61,511 bases of DNA from Pelomyxa schiedti (lineage: Eukaryota; Protista; Evosea), in contig JAHLWZ010000048.1 of assembly GCA_020536535.1 (NCBI GenBank), positions 1 to 61,511 on the forward strand, given 5' to 3'. Made by a program: the position numbers and the translations under genes. The first letter of the stretch is position 1, and each line of letters starts with the position of its first letter. The notes beneath the pieces were generated by a model that was given only the letters and a program-made list of their open reading frames with translations, had not been told where the DNA came from and ran no database searches. Positions 25,469 to 38,610 of the stretch are shown one piece after another.

Positions 25469-25720
25469 CCCATGATGCGGTCACAGCCCCGATTCCCAGA
25501 TGTATGTGAATAGTTGGAACAAATCTGAGTTCTTTTGTTGATTATTTTATTCCGCCACAAGGGTTTGTTTGTCTGGTTGCTGGTGACTGGACTCCTGACA
25601 GCGGACTTGCTAACTGCAGTTCTAAAGCTAAAGTTGTGAGTTGTAAGTATGTGATCCCAATTCCTTGATTGCTGCCGTGAGCCTCACCACTGCACACATC
25701 TTACACGCAACGATCAAAGC

Positions 25721-26306
25721 TCAGATGTACAGGATATCTTTGGAGTGGTACTGCATGTAGAGCCGCAGGAAATAAACTGTTCAGTGGGTGAGAAATCAGT
25801 GGGGGAGTACGAACTGGGGCTGGGTAGCAGGAACAGTACCGGCAGGAAGCAGGGCGATCAGGCCCAGCACCATTAGCACTATGGTGAGCAGCAGCAGGTT
25901 GCCGTTGTCGGCGAGGAGCAGCAGCCCCCCGGTGAGAATCATCGCCCCGCTGAGCCCCAGCATCGTCAGCGCGAGCACCAGCGCCCTGCGCCTGGCCCCC
26001 ATCCCCCCGCAGCACCAGCACCGGCCCCACAGCCCCTTGGCCGGCCCCCCTGCCGCCGCCTCCTTGCGCCCCCGATGACGCCCCAGAGAAGAAGTCCTCC
26101 CCGTCGTCGCCCCCAGTGGCGGCTGATGCTGGGCCAGTGGGCGATGATGATGATGATGGCGGGGAGGAGGAGCGGACGCGGGGCTTGGGGGAGGTGGCGT
26201 GGGCGAGGGCCAGGGCCGCGTTCCTCTGCGTGGGCGACACCACCTCCTCGTCGTTGTTGTAGTCGTCGGTTATGAACGCCTCGCGTTCACTCTTGCTGTG
26301 TGCCAT
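25721..26306 (-). CDS. TMEM134/TMEM230-like two-TM protein with apparent frameshift
   Basis: Acidic N-terminus and two hydrophobic helices 'ALVLALTMLGLSGAMILTGG' and 'LMVLGLIALLPA', spliced to 'VYFLRLYMQYHSKDILYI*'. A +1 shift is needed, plausibly at C6 26045-26050. Confidence 0.6.
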
Positions 26307-26335
26307 TTAGTTTCAGACAGAGAAAGAAAAAGATC

Positions 26336-26408
26336 CGCTCGGTGGGGGAATCGAACCCCCTTCAGCCTTGTGGCAGTCGGCTATTCTAACCCATTGAACT
26401 AGACAGGC
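26336..26408 (-). tRNA. tRNA-Gly(GCC)-like element, probably a pseudogene or tRNA-derived ncRNA
   Basis: A box TAGTTCAATGG, paired D stem, loop CTGCCAC, perfect T arm GGGGG-TTCGATT-CCCCC, T5 terminator. Three mismatches in the acceptor stem and two in the anticodon stem. Confidence 0.6.
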
Positions 26409-26532
26409 GGCCCAGTAGGGACGCATTTTCTTCAGAATGAGCTAAACGAAAAAAAAACTTGGAAAGCAGGAAAAAAAACTTTTCGTGGTGTGGGTGTCGA
26501 GTCAATCAACACCCATAATTGTACGGACAGGG

Positions 26533-28050
26533 ATGAGCAAGGCAGTGATATTAGTTGGCGGGTACGGGACAAGGTTGAGGCCGTTGACACTAACGACGCC
26601 GAAGCCCCTCGTCGAGTTTTGCAATGCTCCCACAATTCTCCATCAAATAAGGGCGTTGGCTGCAGTGCGTGGTTTTTTTACCTTCAATTTCCACCGTTGT
26701 GATTTCTTTTTTTTTTACTTGTCGTGTTATGTTGTATAACGAATAGAAAGAACGCATATTATTTGCATTAAGTTACAATATATACTGCATACTGGTAGTT
26801 AACGTACTATTGAAACAGGTTGGTGTAGTGGAAGTTATTCTCGCTGTGAGCTACAAGCCGGATCAAATGATGGAATACTTGGAACCACATCAAGGCAAAC
26901 TTGGTGTTAAGATAAGGTCAGCGCTGCATTATTACCTATTCCACTTACTTCTGCCTCAGGTATAGTCAGGAACTTGAACCACTTGGAACTGCCGGTCCAC
27001 TTGCTTTGTGCAGGGAATCCTTGACTGCTACAAACGATCCCTTCTTTGGTTTGCGATCTTCTATCTCCAAATTGTTAATATCCACATTCAGTGATGAATA
27101 GTGACATAACTTGCGAATTCCCACTCGCTGACATGCTTGCATTCCATAAGTATGGGCTATTGGTTTTATGTCTTACTCACGCCACACAGGAGGCACGGAC
27201 ATGAAGGCACTATTTTGGTAACTAAAGTGGAGGACCCTACAAAATATGGTGTAGTTGTCTTCGAGGAGACTGGTGGTTTGGTTTCTCGTTTTGTTGAGAA
27301 GCCAAAAACTTTTGTTGGTGATAAGATTAATGCCGGGGTTTACATACTACAACCTTCAATTCTTAACCGCATAAGGTAATTCCCTTTACCCCTCCCAACC
27401 CTAATCACGATGTAGGCCTGTGAAAACTTCAATTGAGAGGGAAGTGTTTCCTAATATGGCTTCTGAGGGCCAACTTCATGCCTTTGTTCTCCCTGGCTTC
27501 TGGATGGATGTTGGCCAGCCTAGAGACTACCTTCTCGGGACTCAGTTGTATCTTTCTCACATTGCGCAGCACAGGCCACAGCTATTGCACTCAGCCGAAG
27601 TAGTTGCATCAAATACAACAAGCACTTCCGCTTCTTCAGCTGCTGCGACAACCACTCCCCGTTATACTATAATTCAGCCGGCATTGGTGGATCCCACAGC
27701 GAGGTTGGGGGACGGGTGCGTGATTGGCCCAAATGTCTGCATAGGACCCAACTGCGTTGTGGGCGAAGGTGCTAGACTCAATAACACTACTATGCTTGAG
27801 GGCTCCATTGTCAAGGCACATGCTTGGGTACACACTTCTATCATTGGCTGGAAATCAGTTGTAGGCAAATGGGTTCGTATGGAAAACTTGTCCGTACTTG
27901 GTAAGCTTTCCTCATTTCCACACGTTGTTAATTGCCGCTTCTCTAGGGAAAGAAGTAACAATTGCCGATGAGCTCTACATCAATGGGGCTAAAGTGTTAC
28001 CATTCAAGGATGTTACAGCCTCTGTTCCTCTTCCTGAAGTTCTGATGTAA
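26533..28050 (+). CDS. GMPPB: Mannose-1-phosphate guanylyltransferase (GDP-mannose pyrophosphorylase, beta type)
   Basis: [60 protein letters not shown], hexapeptide repeats; multiple introns. Confidence 0.95.
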
Positions 28051-28149
28051 TGACACAAGCCACAACAACATTCCATTTATTATTGTGATTGCCATACAAA
28101 ACAAGAAAAAGAGGTTCTTTTTTTACATGAACACAAAAAATGACAGCTC

Positions 28150-29334
28150 TCACAAAAGGACGCATTTTCCAGAGGATGGTTTTTTCTCAGGTCCGCCAAG
28201 AGCCCGTATTTTCCTTACAACTTCAAAAAATGCTAGTTCTACATTGATTCGTTTCATAGCGGAAGCTGTATACAATTAGAAAATGAGGTGTGGTTTCAAA
28301 AAGAGAGGTTTCTTACTCTCGATATATTTGCATTGCCATTCTTGGGCCAGAGCTGTTGCATCTGCACTAGAGACTTGTCTTTCATTGTCCATGTCAGATT
28401 TATTGCCTTGTGTTAGCATTAGTTGTGGTTTGCAATTGCGTGAATTGCCGCACCTGCAAGGACCATTGGTATAGGTTCACTCAAATCTTTATCTTTCATT
28501 TTGTACAATCGCTTCCTTAGAATTGGAATGTCCTCGAACGACTGCGCTGCATTTATGGCAAACCTGTGTGGGTAAGTTAAAAGGAAACCAAAATTAGTGT
28601 TGTTTGAATTGCATACACCATCAAAAAGCCATGTCCTTCCATCATATACCGGTCCCGCATTGCTAAAAGTGGTTTTTTTCAATAAAGGAATCGTGAAGCA
28701 GAGTTACATACAGGAGTATCTAAATATACATTAAAGAGAAAAATTAAAAAAATTACACACTCGTCTTGGCCGGCTGTACAGGAACGGAGTTGTTGAATTA
28801 GTCATTGGAAATTGTAGAATAAAAGAACAATATTACCTGTATCCAGAATATCAAGCACAACGATTGTTCCGTCAATTTCCACTTGAGTTCTTAAGGCGAG
28901 GTCAAAGCATAAAGAAAGTTTGATAACAGACCTGTAACTATCTTCAATAGTCGGGTCATATATAGTGAGCTAGGTAATGACAAAAATGAAGTGAGAAACG
29001 CCATAATATCACGCAGTACATACACTGTTCATTATGTCAGGTAGGGAAATATAAAGGTGAGGTTTGTGTTTAATTTGAATAGGTAGGTTGTGGTGCTATG
29101 TAATACTAAGTTGCATTATCTGAGAAGAGGCAATACAGAAAACAACATACAATCGGTGAGAAATGAGCTGAATTGTCAGAGCAGACTTGCCAACAGAGCC
29201 AGAGCCCATAACTACAAGTTTATACAGTTGTTCCTATGCGTTTTTCAATTCATGTTTTTAGCTTTTGAAAACATTAAAAAACAGAAAACCCACAATGTCA
29301 AACAACTAAAAACACCAAAACAAACCCTAGGCAT
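28150..29334 (-). CDS. ras: Ras-subfamily small GTPase with microexons
   Basis: Spliced product [74 protein letters not shown]...NKSD...ETSA...CVLL (CAAX). Confidence 0.92.
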
Positions 29335-29531
29335 GTTTGATGCAGACTACAAAACTGAATGTTGTCGGCTGGAGGTGGTTGTGGGTTGTATCCCCAACGC
29401 AAACAAACGCCTTCTCTTCTTTGATTGATTATTGATCGCTGAGTGCTTGTTTCCGACGTTCCGTCCCGTGTCGGAATCAAAGGAATACCAGTTTCTATTT
29501 ATGGGAAGGAATTCTTAGCGGTGCACGTCCA

Positions 29532-32500
29532 CTACGGGTGCTGTTGTTCCTGCGTGGTGGTTGCTGTTGTTATTGTTGATGTTGATTGCGATGGGAATTG
29601 GTCAGTAGGTAGTAGTTGTTGTAGTGGTGGTGATGGTGGTGTAGTAGTGGTGGGAACAGTGGGTGATGGTGTTGCTGCTTGTGGTTTTGGTGCTAGATAG
29701 GCACGGCGGATGACTAGCTTGGGCTCGGGGGCCCGGGCGTGTGGTGTTTGTGGTTGGCCGGGGTTGTTGTTGTGTTGTGTGTGGGCGCTGGTGGGTATCC
29801 ATCGCTCCACGGCTAGTGCGGAACCAGAGGCCTTGCTTATGTCCAGAACGCAGAGCATTTCTAGTTGGTTTTTGGTGGGTCAGTAGTGTTGAGGTGAATG
29901 AGTTTACTACTAACCTCCGTCTCGGAAGCAAAGCGGCCGGTCGGTTACTTTGGTTTCTAGAGTGGGGAGAACCGGCCTCCTTGCTTGTTGTTGGCCTTTG
30001 CCTCCTTTGCCGGCTCCTGTTTGAGCGTTGCCCCTCTGGTTTTGCTTTTGCTGTTGGTTCTTTCCTTTATTTTTATTGGTGTTGCTGCTGCTGTTGTTTG
30101 CCGGTGTCTCTGCGGTTCCGCCAGTGGCCGGTGATTCTGTTGGGGGTGCACGGTTGTCTGTTGGGGTTTCCGTAACTGCGGGAGGAGTTTCGGGGGCAGT
30201 GGTTGTTGTTTTGGCGGCGGTATCTGGAGTAATCTGAGGTGCAGCAGTAATTTCAGTGGTTTCACTTTGTTGATGGACAATCTGTGACCACCTGGCAGCC
30301 GAAGCAGCACAGCGTGCAAGAAGCAAATTCTTGTCTTCTATATCGTACTTGGTTGCCAAAAGTGTACGTAATAGACCAAGAGTTGGAGTGGTGATGACAA
30401 TTTCTTGGTTCGGGTGGAAAAGACCTTTTCTCCAAGTAAATTAAATGATCTAAACTACAGTGGGTTCAATACCTGATTTTGGGTCCCGACAGCAACAGTA
30501 CAGTAAGATAGAGTCCGCTCCAAGGGAGATAATGGGGTCCACAGATTCGTTAACAAGCTAGTGGGGGATGTATTGATGAGATAATACGTATTCTGAGCAG
30601 ACCTCACCTGAATGGTAAGCAGTGCGTCAGAATAACCCACTTGAAGTTGCTTTAGGCTTTGCGACATCTTTCTCAAAAGTTTGCTTCCTTGCCACAGTCG
30701 AAAAATTGGTTTGTTCTACAAGAGTCATTTTCACAGTAACTACCAGAAAGATACACACCCCAGAAGGATTGGGAGGAAGTAATGGAGGGATAGTAGTGTC
30801 AAGCAATTCTCCAACAGTAGTGGAAAGCGGTACTTGGGCTTCACCAAGAAGGTTAATGTATTTACTGTGGCCGCCATTCCTCGAATCAGTATTCTTACTG
30901 TTTCGAGATGATAAAATAAGCAGGGGTGAAAAGTGCCCCGAGTACATGGTTTCATAACTGAAGGGAGTTACTACAAGCTCTCATGGTTATAATTACCTAG
31001 AGTTCTGTGATTCCTCTGCAGGTAAGTAATCGAACAGTTGGAAGCAAACCAAAGCCTCCCCTTTGGTGAGAGGCTATTGGGAATATATTTTAGTAAAGTG
31101 TTGAAGCTGTTAATAGCTCAAAACCTTTCCTTTTTCGAGAAAGATGTAGCCTCCATCAATTACTCCAGCTCTGTCTAACGGAACTGCTTCATCAACAACC
31201 AGATCTTCTCTTGGTTAGTCGTCGTGATAGGGAAAGTATCTCCAACCAGCAGGCATTTCAAAGATATCCGACTTCCGAAGCCTCACACTGCTGGCGTCAA
31301 TTCCAATTTGTTGGGCTGCAAGTTCTTTACTGTAAGTGAATTAATTGGTTAATAGAGTAACAAGATGAAGGAGACAAAACAACCATTCAGCCAGCGTGGT
31401 AGTTTTTGGGATCAACAAATTTATGACAGTCTGAGAAGCAGGAGTCTCCCCAAGAGCAGGAACATTCCACTTGACATTTACAGAATAAACTCCAGTGGCA
31501 GGTGTTCCAGGCTCGATTATGAGGCGCATACTGTCCTGCGAGGGGTTAAACACGTTTTAGAAGTTTTGTGATACTGAAATTCCGGCACTCGTGAGCTGTA
31601 TGGCATCCTCTAAAGATTCCCCAGGTGCCCCTCCAACAAGGCATCTTGAGACTTTCGATTCATTTCACTTTATTGGTTGTTTACCTTCGAAGAACTGTAG
31701 TTTCAACTGTATAATCCGCCAAGGGAACAGAATCAATCACTCTTTTTTTGAGGAAGGCAACAGCTGTGAGCTTTATTGAGAATAGTTTTGAACCAATAAA
31801 CTGGAAAAATACTAGAATCTTTTGGTACCACAATGGACCTTGAGAGCGCAGGTTGTATTGGGGTACACCAGTCGGTTATATATATTGTCATATCTGTGTC
31901 ATCGGGTATTTGTATCTAATAATTCATGAGTACAAGGCTTCGCATACTCTAGAAGTACTGGTGCATCTGTTGTTGACGACTTGGGGGCACTATCTTCTTC
32001 ATTGTTAAGAACTGACTCAAGGAAAACTTCATTGGAATCAAATAATTTGCTTTCAAATATTGTTGCCTTTTCTTCAACAAGACGAACCCTTTTGCCTCTG
32101 TCAACCTTGGGAAAATTAAGAAGGGAGCGGGAGAGAACAAAAGAACTTTGGTAATAATCTGTTGGTGAGGGGGGATTCCAGTAAGTTGATGAAGTTTTTG
32201 TCTCAAATCCGTAAGTGTTGAATTGAGGGGAATTCCAATACGAGCGCGGGCAGCTCCTTCATTTTTGCTGTGTTTCCAAGAAAGCTGGATTCTATTAATT
32301 AGTTTATTTTCGTTTAATACTATACCATGAGAAGAACGCTCGGCTGTTCTGGATTGTACAGCATTCCACTGATCATTTTCCCGTTCCATACAATAACGCT
32401 GGAGGCGGGTCTAATTGGAGTTTTCTTGATGGGAAGAGTTTTGTCATCTGTGAGATATCAGTCACAGACCCCTTGCAAAGGTGAAATACCATCTGATGTG

Positions 32501-35500
32501 CATAATAATTGGTTTATCCTAACAACACCTGAAGTTGTTTCCCACATTTCATTTAACTGATAATGTCCAATGAGAACAGGGGCTATAAATAATTTCAGAA
32601 ACAGAGGGAAGAGAATTCTTCTACCTAGCCAAGGTATTTCCGCTACCATTTTGAAGAGTGCCTCAAGGGGTTGGCGGGCATCAAAGAAAACTACTTTCTC
32701 ATTCTCTTTTTCCTCCTTTTGTGGTTACGCAAACAACGGGGGAAAACAACAAACCTTGTTTACAGTAAGGACACCATCGCACAACGTTAAATGTGCCTCA
32801 CCCCAGACATTAATGTACATCTGGTTTACTGCTGTATCGTGCTCAACTCTGATTTGTTTCAGTTTTTCATTGTGACATCGAATCTCCTTCTAAAATGCTG
32901 TTAAATAGAGGACCAAACACACTGGACACAAAACCAGACAATGCTCTGGTACTGGTGTATGGACAAAGTCTTTTGACTTGCGCCTGTAGGTGAGCATATC
33001 TGGTATGGAATTTGAGAAAGTCTATAGTTCCTATTTTAGAAACCCACATGCACACTCTTTGGAGCCACCAAAGGTAGATTCCAATTGTAACTCGGGAATG
33101 GGCGTAACAGAGGAGTCATTGAAATCGAACCACTGCTGTTCTCCCTTTTTTGAATTTATGTATGCTAAAGAAGGGAAGCCCACACTTACTTTACGAGTGA
33201 TATCGCGGATCATAGCATGGTAGTGTCCTCCGTAGGCACCACCGCTGATAGGCCGTTAAATAAGCTCTTTCCGGAATGTTACCTGTGAATCAAGACAGCA
33301 AACAAATCGTACAGCAGAGGATCAGGAGTGTGACCCGGGTCGTCCATAATCTAAGAAAATTAGTGCCTTCAGGAATATACAACCTCACCTTAGTAAAGGG
33401 AGCTAAATCGAGCACAAGGGGGAATTGAAAAGAGGTGTTTATTTTTTCTCTTCTTTGCTGGAAACAAGTTAAAGATGCCACTGCAAGTGTGTCACGCACT
33501 TGTTTGAAATTGTACTCAAAACGTTGTAATGGAAGTACCAGGATATCAGGAACTTGTGTGATTCGCACACCTTTCTTTCCGTCTACTTTCTTTCCACATT
33601 GGTCACAGGAGTATCTGGTTTTTGTTTAATGTTTTATAGTGCAACTAGATGTCCTACTGATTTTCTTTTGTTAAAGGTTCCCAATTTGTAAGAGCTTGTA
33701 GACTTTGTTCCAGTGAATCAAAACCGTGGACGATAATAGGAATGTCCTGAAATGGTTCTACATGTTCTTTGGTGTCTGAGTCAAGAAAGTTAGATGTGAC
33801 CCATCAATTATTTGCCATACTGCCACATGTCAAGCAGCACAATTGAGTGGTGGTAGTTCCTTTGTATAGATTCTCGATAATATTTTGTTGTGGCGTCCCT
33901 ACAAGGGATTCTTCAATCACCTCAAATAAGAGTCTGTGTGCACCTAATTACCAGTACTCAATATTGGGAAGCCAATACCTGTTCAACTCGTGAACATCTT
34001 GTTGCTGAGATGCCTCTGAATTTTCCCAACCAAAACTTTTTGTAAGTGGATTGGTGGATACTGCTATCTGACTCAGTTGAGAAGTTCCGATTTTACATGT
34101 GTTGGAGGGCTCACCTGATCCACTTCCTGAAGGTAGGCAAATAATCTCTGCAGTTCTATCACAATTTGCCTGGGGTTTCCTGGATCTACACCAATAAGAC
34201 TTCAATAAAGTTCGTGGTGAAGAAGAAAACTTCCGACCTGCCTGATCAGATACTGGAGATGCATCTGTTTGAGTTGTTTGAGATGGAGCCTGTGTACTGG
34301 AGCTGGGTGAAGCAGATGTCGTGGGTGGAGAATTTTCTTGTTTTGACGACGGTTCAGCTCCAACATTAGTTGTGACTGCCGATTTTTGTGCTGGCTCTAC
34401 GTCATCTGTCACCTCTACTATTGATGAGCTAAGGATGAATTTGGGAGCACACCAAGGTCATCAAATAATCTAAACTCCCCAAGTTGAATATCTGCACTGG
34501 GTTCTTTTTTCCCAGTTGTAGCACCAGATAACAACCAGTTAGCAGCATGATCAACATTATTATTGCAGATATCCAGTGCATGCTGGGCCATTTGCTCATC
34601 GAACCCCATTGCAACTAGCATGCATAAAGCGGGGACCTGCATGTGTATGAATTCCATTCTATTACTTTTTTGAAAGGTTACTTCTTCTTCAGTACTTGCC
34701 ACTGATTCTGCACTTGTTGTTGTTGTGGTTGTTGCTGTAGTTGTGTCTGTTGGTGCTGCAGTTGCTGTTGTAGTAGTTTCTTTACTTACCACTTCGTCAG
34801 GGGTTGTATTAGGTACATTAGATGGAACAGTTGATGCAGATGAAGAAGAAGAAGAAGAGTTTGCAGAGGCTGAGGCTGGTGGAGGTGGTGGTGGTGGGGG
34901 TGCCGGTGGAGGCCCAGAGGGCTTCTTGGAAAACGGATCAGGCAATTGAGACAGCTCCATCTTTAATTCTTTTTTTTAAGAAAAACAACAAGTGGTGGAT
35001 GTGGTCACACACCTTATCATCGGGGGAGATGTTAAGAAGTTCTGGTGGGAGAGAGTACATTCCGAATCGAAATTCAGGAGTCATGTACAGAGTTTGCAAT
35101 AAAGTATTGAGGTAACATGTTGCCCCTCTGAGTTACGAGCACAAAAAGAACAAAGGTAAAGATAAATAAAAAAAAAAAAGTGCAATAACAAGCACAGACA
35201 TTAGGGAATTAAAAAAAAAAGGTTCTAAAAAAAACGTACTGGTTGAGTATACCAACTAGGTTAGATTCAGAATCAGATCGCGGCGAGTAGACATATGACG
35301 GGTATAAATTCACTTTGTTATTTTGGTACGTCGTTCCTTCGCCCCTACGTGCTGCAATTAAGGGGACAACAACCCACAACGGCACAGCAACCAAAATAAC
35401 AGGGAGGAAAAAAAAAAACCCCCCACGCAATTACAAAATAAAGTAAAGAGGTTTGTCTGCGCAAACAAAACGCACGATTGCTGAGGGATTAGTGCCGGGA

Positions 35501-35543
35501 TGTCGTCATCGTCATCCACGCCCCCAAACAAGTCGGAGATCAT
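29532..35543 (-). CDS. Ubiquitin-specific protease, USP40/USP47-like, with an inserted UBA domain
   Basis: Cys box GILNQ|GATCYLNTLLQ; SFGW...QQQDVHELNR; His box GGAYGGHYHAMIRD; WFDFNDSSV; UBA 'LVAMGFDEQMAQHALDICNNNVDHAANWLL'; many introns. Confidence 0.9.
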
Positions 35544-35756
35544 TTGACGACCCGAATGATTATGATCTTTTTATTGTTTCGTAGTTTTCTGGTAATCGTC
35601 GTGGTGTGTGACTGATGGTCCCTGTGGTGAAGTAACTTGGGGGAATAATAGCCAAATGCCCTCCTTGTTCTAGTGAGTTCTGATTGGTCAACAGTGTGCT
35701 GTGTGAGGATGCCTTGGGGAATCCCAAACACCCTTGATTCTCCAATCTCTCTGGTT

Positions 35757-38268
35757 CTAGTGCCGGGCCAACACTCTGTCCAGTGCTTGCTGTGCCCTCA
35801 CATTGATTGGTGTGCCGCCACTCCCAGGCGCTAAGCAGGCCAGCTTGTACCACCTAACAGCCTCCCTGATGTCCCTGCACCTCCCAGTCCCAGTCTCGCA
35901 GCACCACCCCATGGTATCCTGTGCATAGCCAAGGCCCTGCTGAGCAGCCAGCCACATGTGCCCAAGTGCCCCCCTTGTGTCCTGCACACACCCGCTGCCT
36001 CTCAGCATCATAAGGCCCTTGTTGTTCTGGGCCAGTGCATAGCAGTGTGATGATGCCCGCTGGAAGCAGTTGTAGGCTGCACTCGAGTCTCTGGGTGTTC
36101 CATACCCACTCTCGTAGCACTGCCCGAGGTCAGACACTGCCATTATGTCACCGCTGTTGCTGGAGGCTTGGAAGAGGGTGAGTGCCTTGGGAAGGTCCCT
36201 GGGAACACCAAGCCCATCTCTGTGGCACAGCCCGCGGTAGTATTGGGCCACTGTGGAGCCCAGCTTGGATGATTCTTTGTATTTCTTGGCTGCCAGTGCG
36301 AGGTTCACAGAAGTTCCAACACCCTTGTGGTGGCAAACTCCAGACAGGAAGTGTGCAATGGATGATAGTGATGGTGCAGGGGAGCAAGAAGCCTGGTGCA
36401 GAATGTCCTTCAGGAACTTGTGTGCCTCGGAGGTGCACTGCCGAGAGTCATCAAGCAGTGACTCCCACGGATAGACAGAGCATGATGGGGTAGGGAACAG
36501 GCCCGGCTCATATATAAACACATATCTCAGCATCAAGTATGAAAGAGCGGTTGCATTCTTGAATGTGCTGGTTGGCTCCGTACTTTTAGAAAGCATTGAG
36601 TGGCAATTTGTCTGTACCAACTTGAGGTTGTAATATGAAAGGGCTTGCAAAGTTTCCAGAGCAAAGCTGTCGGCCTGCTCTTATTGTGGTGAGAAATATT
36701 TGAAAGTAACTCAAGGAATACCGTGTACAAAGAAGTCAAGAGCTAGAGTTGATCCATAGAAAAGAGAATGAGGTCCGGAGTGGGTTGGTGTGTAAAGGAT
36801 AGTGCAGGCACCAAGTGATTCTCTGGCCGCGATGATGTCACCTTCTTGGTCCCCTCTTGGACCTGACCCAGAATTAGTAACATAATGGGAACTAAGCAAG
36901 CAACCATGCACAATATGAAAACTGCACGCTGTGAGGTCTACTAGAGACGATACGAAAAGTACTTTTATTTTCATACTGACTGAAACAGCGGCAGTTCCTA
37001 TCAGGGATGCCTTGACTAAAGGAAGTTGACATTTCCTGTTAGAAGACACTCAATGGAGTGGGGAGGAAACTGAAGGGTAAGGAGCTCCATGAGCTTTTGT
37101 CCGCAACCTGTATCGCGTGGGCCTTTGTGTATGGTCAGAGGTTTTCTTTTGCTGTAAACCTTACCTGATGGCACGTGGGACTCGAGTGTGCACTGGAGAT
37201 GCAAGCGATATTGTCACAATACATTCCCTGGCAATCACAGCAAAAAACACTGAATGGCCGATTTTGACAAATGCCACAGTTTACTCTCTATAGATTGGTT
37301 TCTATAGGAAAAAAAAAGAGAAAAGCTACAATTACCATCAACTTGTCCGGTCCTTCTCCAGTTAGGAAATTGGTGTATTCCCCACACAAAGGGCACTCTA
37401 TACTGGTATACTAAGGAATACAATCAATCGAAAACACGCACTCACCCAATACACAAGCAGCATCAATAATTAATTAGCTAAGCATTCAACACTAAGCATA
37501 CACATACACATACATACATACGCACACATGCATTCCACAAATACATACATACATACCACCCTATCGCCATCTCCCCGCTGCTGATTGCGTGCCACAGCTT
37601 CCCTTAAGGCCCTTGCCACGCACCGCCCACACCCCAGATGCCACATCCACCTGCTGTGTGCACACAAGCATTAGCTACCCATTGTAATATATTATATAAG
37701 ATGTAAACCTTTTTATTTATTAATAATTATAGTAGTAGTCCCAAGCCAAACCCAACTCCAGCACATACTTGTCTGCGTTCTCGCGCCCATAATACTGTTC
37801 GGCGACTCCCCCACCGTCGACGCCCACCCTCGACACCAACTCGGGCCCGCGCCCACTGCTTTCCACTGACACTGGCACTGGCACTTCAGGAGGAGGAGGA
37901 GGAGCAGCGGGAGGAGGGGGGGGAGGAGCGAGCTCGGCCGAGTCCGGCGCGGCAGCAGGGGCAGGGGCAGGAGCAGGGACGGGTACGGCGCAGAGCCCCC
38001 AGCCGCGTCCGACCCGCGAGCACCGCAGAAGCCTGGCGTCAGCGGCGGGCTGCATGCAAAACACGCACACGGGGGGCGGCGACGCCGCTGATGGCGGAGA
38101 CGGTGACGGCGAGGGCGAGGACGAGGACGAGGGAGTGTAGGATGCGACGGTGCCGCCGCAGCCGATGGGGGGGCGGGGGGGCTCCGTGTGCCCACCACTC
38201 ACACTGTAATCGTCGGTCGTCCCCAGTGTGGCACCTGTGCCTCCACGTTGTGGCTGCGCACCTCCCAT
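35757..38268 (-). CDS. Sel1-like repeat protein with Cys/His-rich (RING-like) N-terminal region
   Basis: Repeats such as 'AQYYRGLCHRDGLGVPRDLPKA' and 'LGQCYESGYGTPRD'; upstream exons with CxxC, CxH and CPLC motifs. The 5' model is tentative. Confidence 0.75.
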
Positions 38269-38610
38269 TATCACGTTTGGCGAAGCTTGATCTTCTGTGA
38301 AAATACTACTTTGTGTGTCAGAAGCGCTAATTATATTATGTTTATGCAAGGGACAGCACAGACTCAATGCCAAACGGACCTGCTGATTTGGTTCTGCTGT
38401 TGTGTTGCTCTCCATGCTGTGTTGGATTGATGTGGAGCCATCAAACACCATGGAGCCTTGGCCAGAAAGTCTTTTTAACAGGAATCCCTTTGTTTTCGGA
38501 GTTATGACCAACCACAACATCTTTTTATTCTTGAAGTAAGAAAACCTTTGTTTGTCAATTCTAACATTTGTATTAGATGGGTGTGATGACAACACAGTGG
38601 AAGATTGCCA

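Noticed and set aside
26334-26410. tRNA-Sec (because of the apparent 9-bp acceptor helix)
   Set aside because: The anticodon is GCC, there is no long variable arm, and the T stem has 5 bp.
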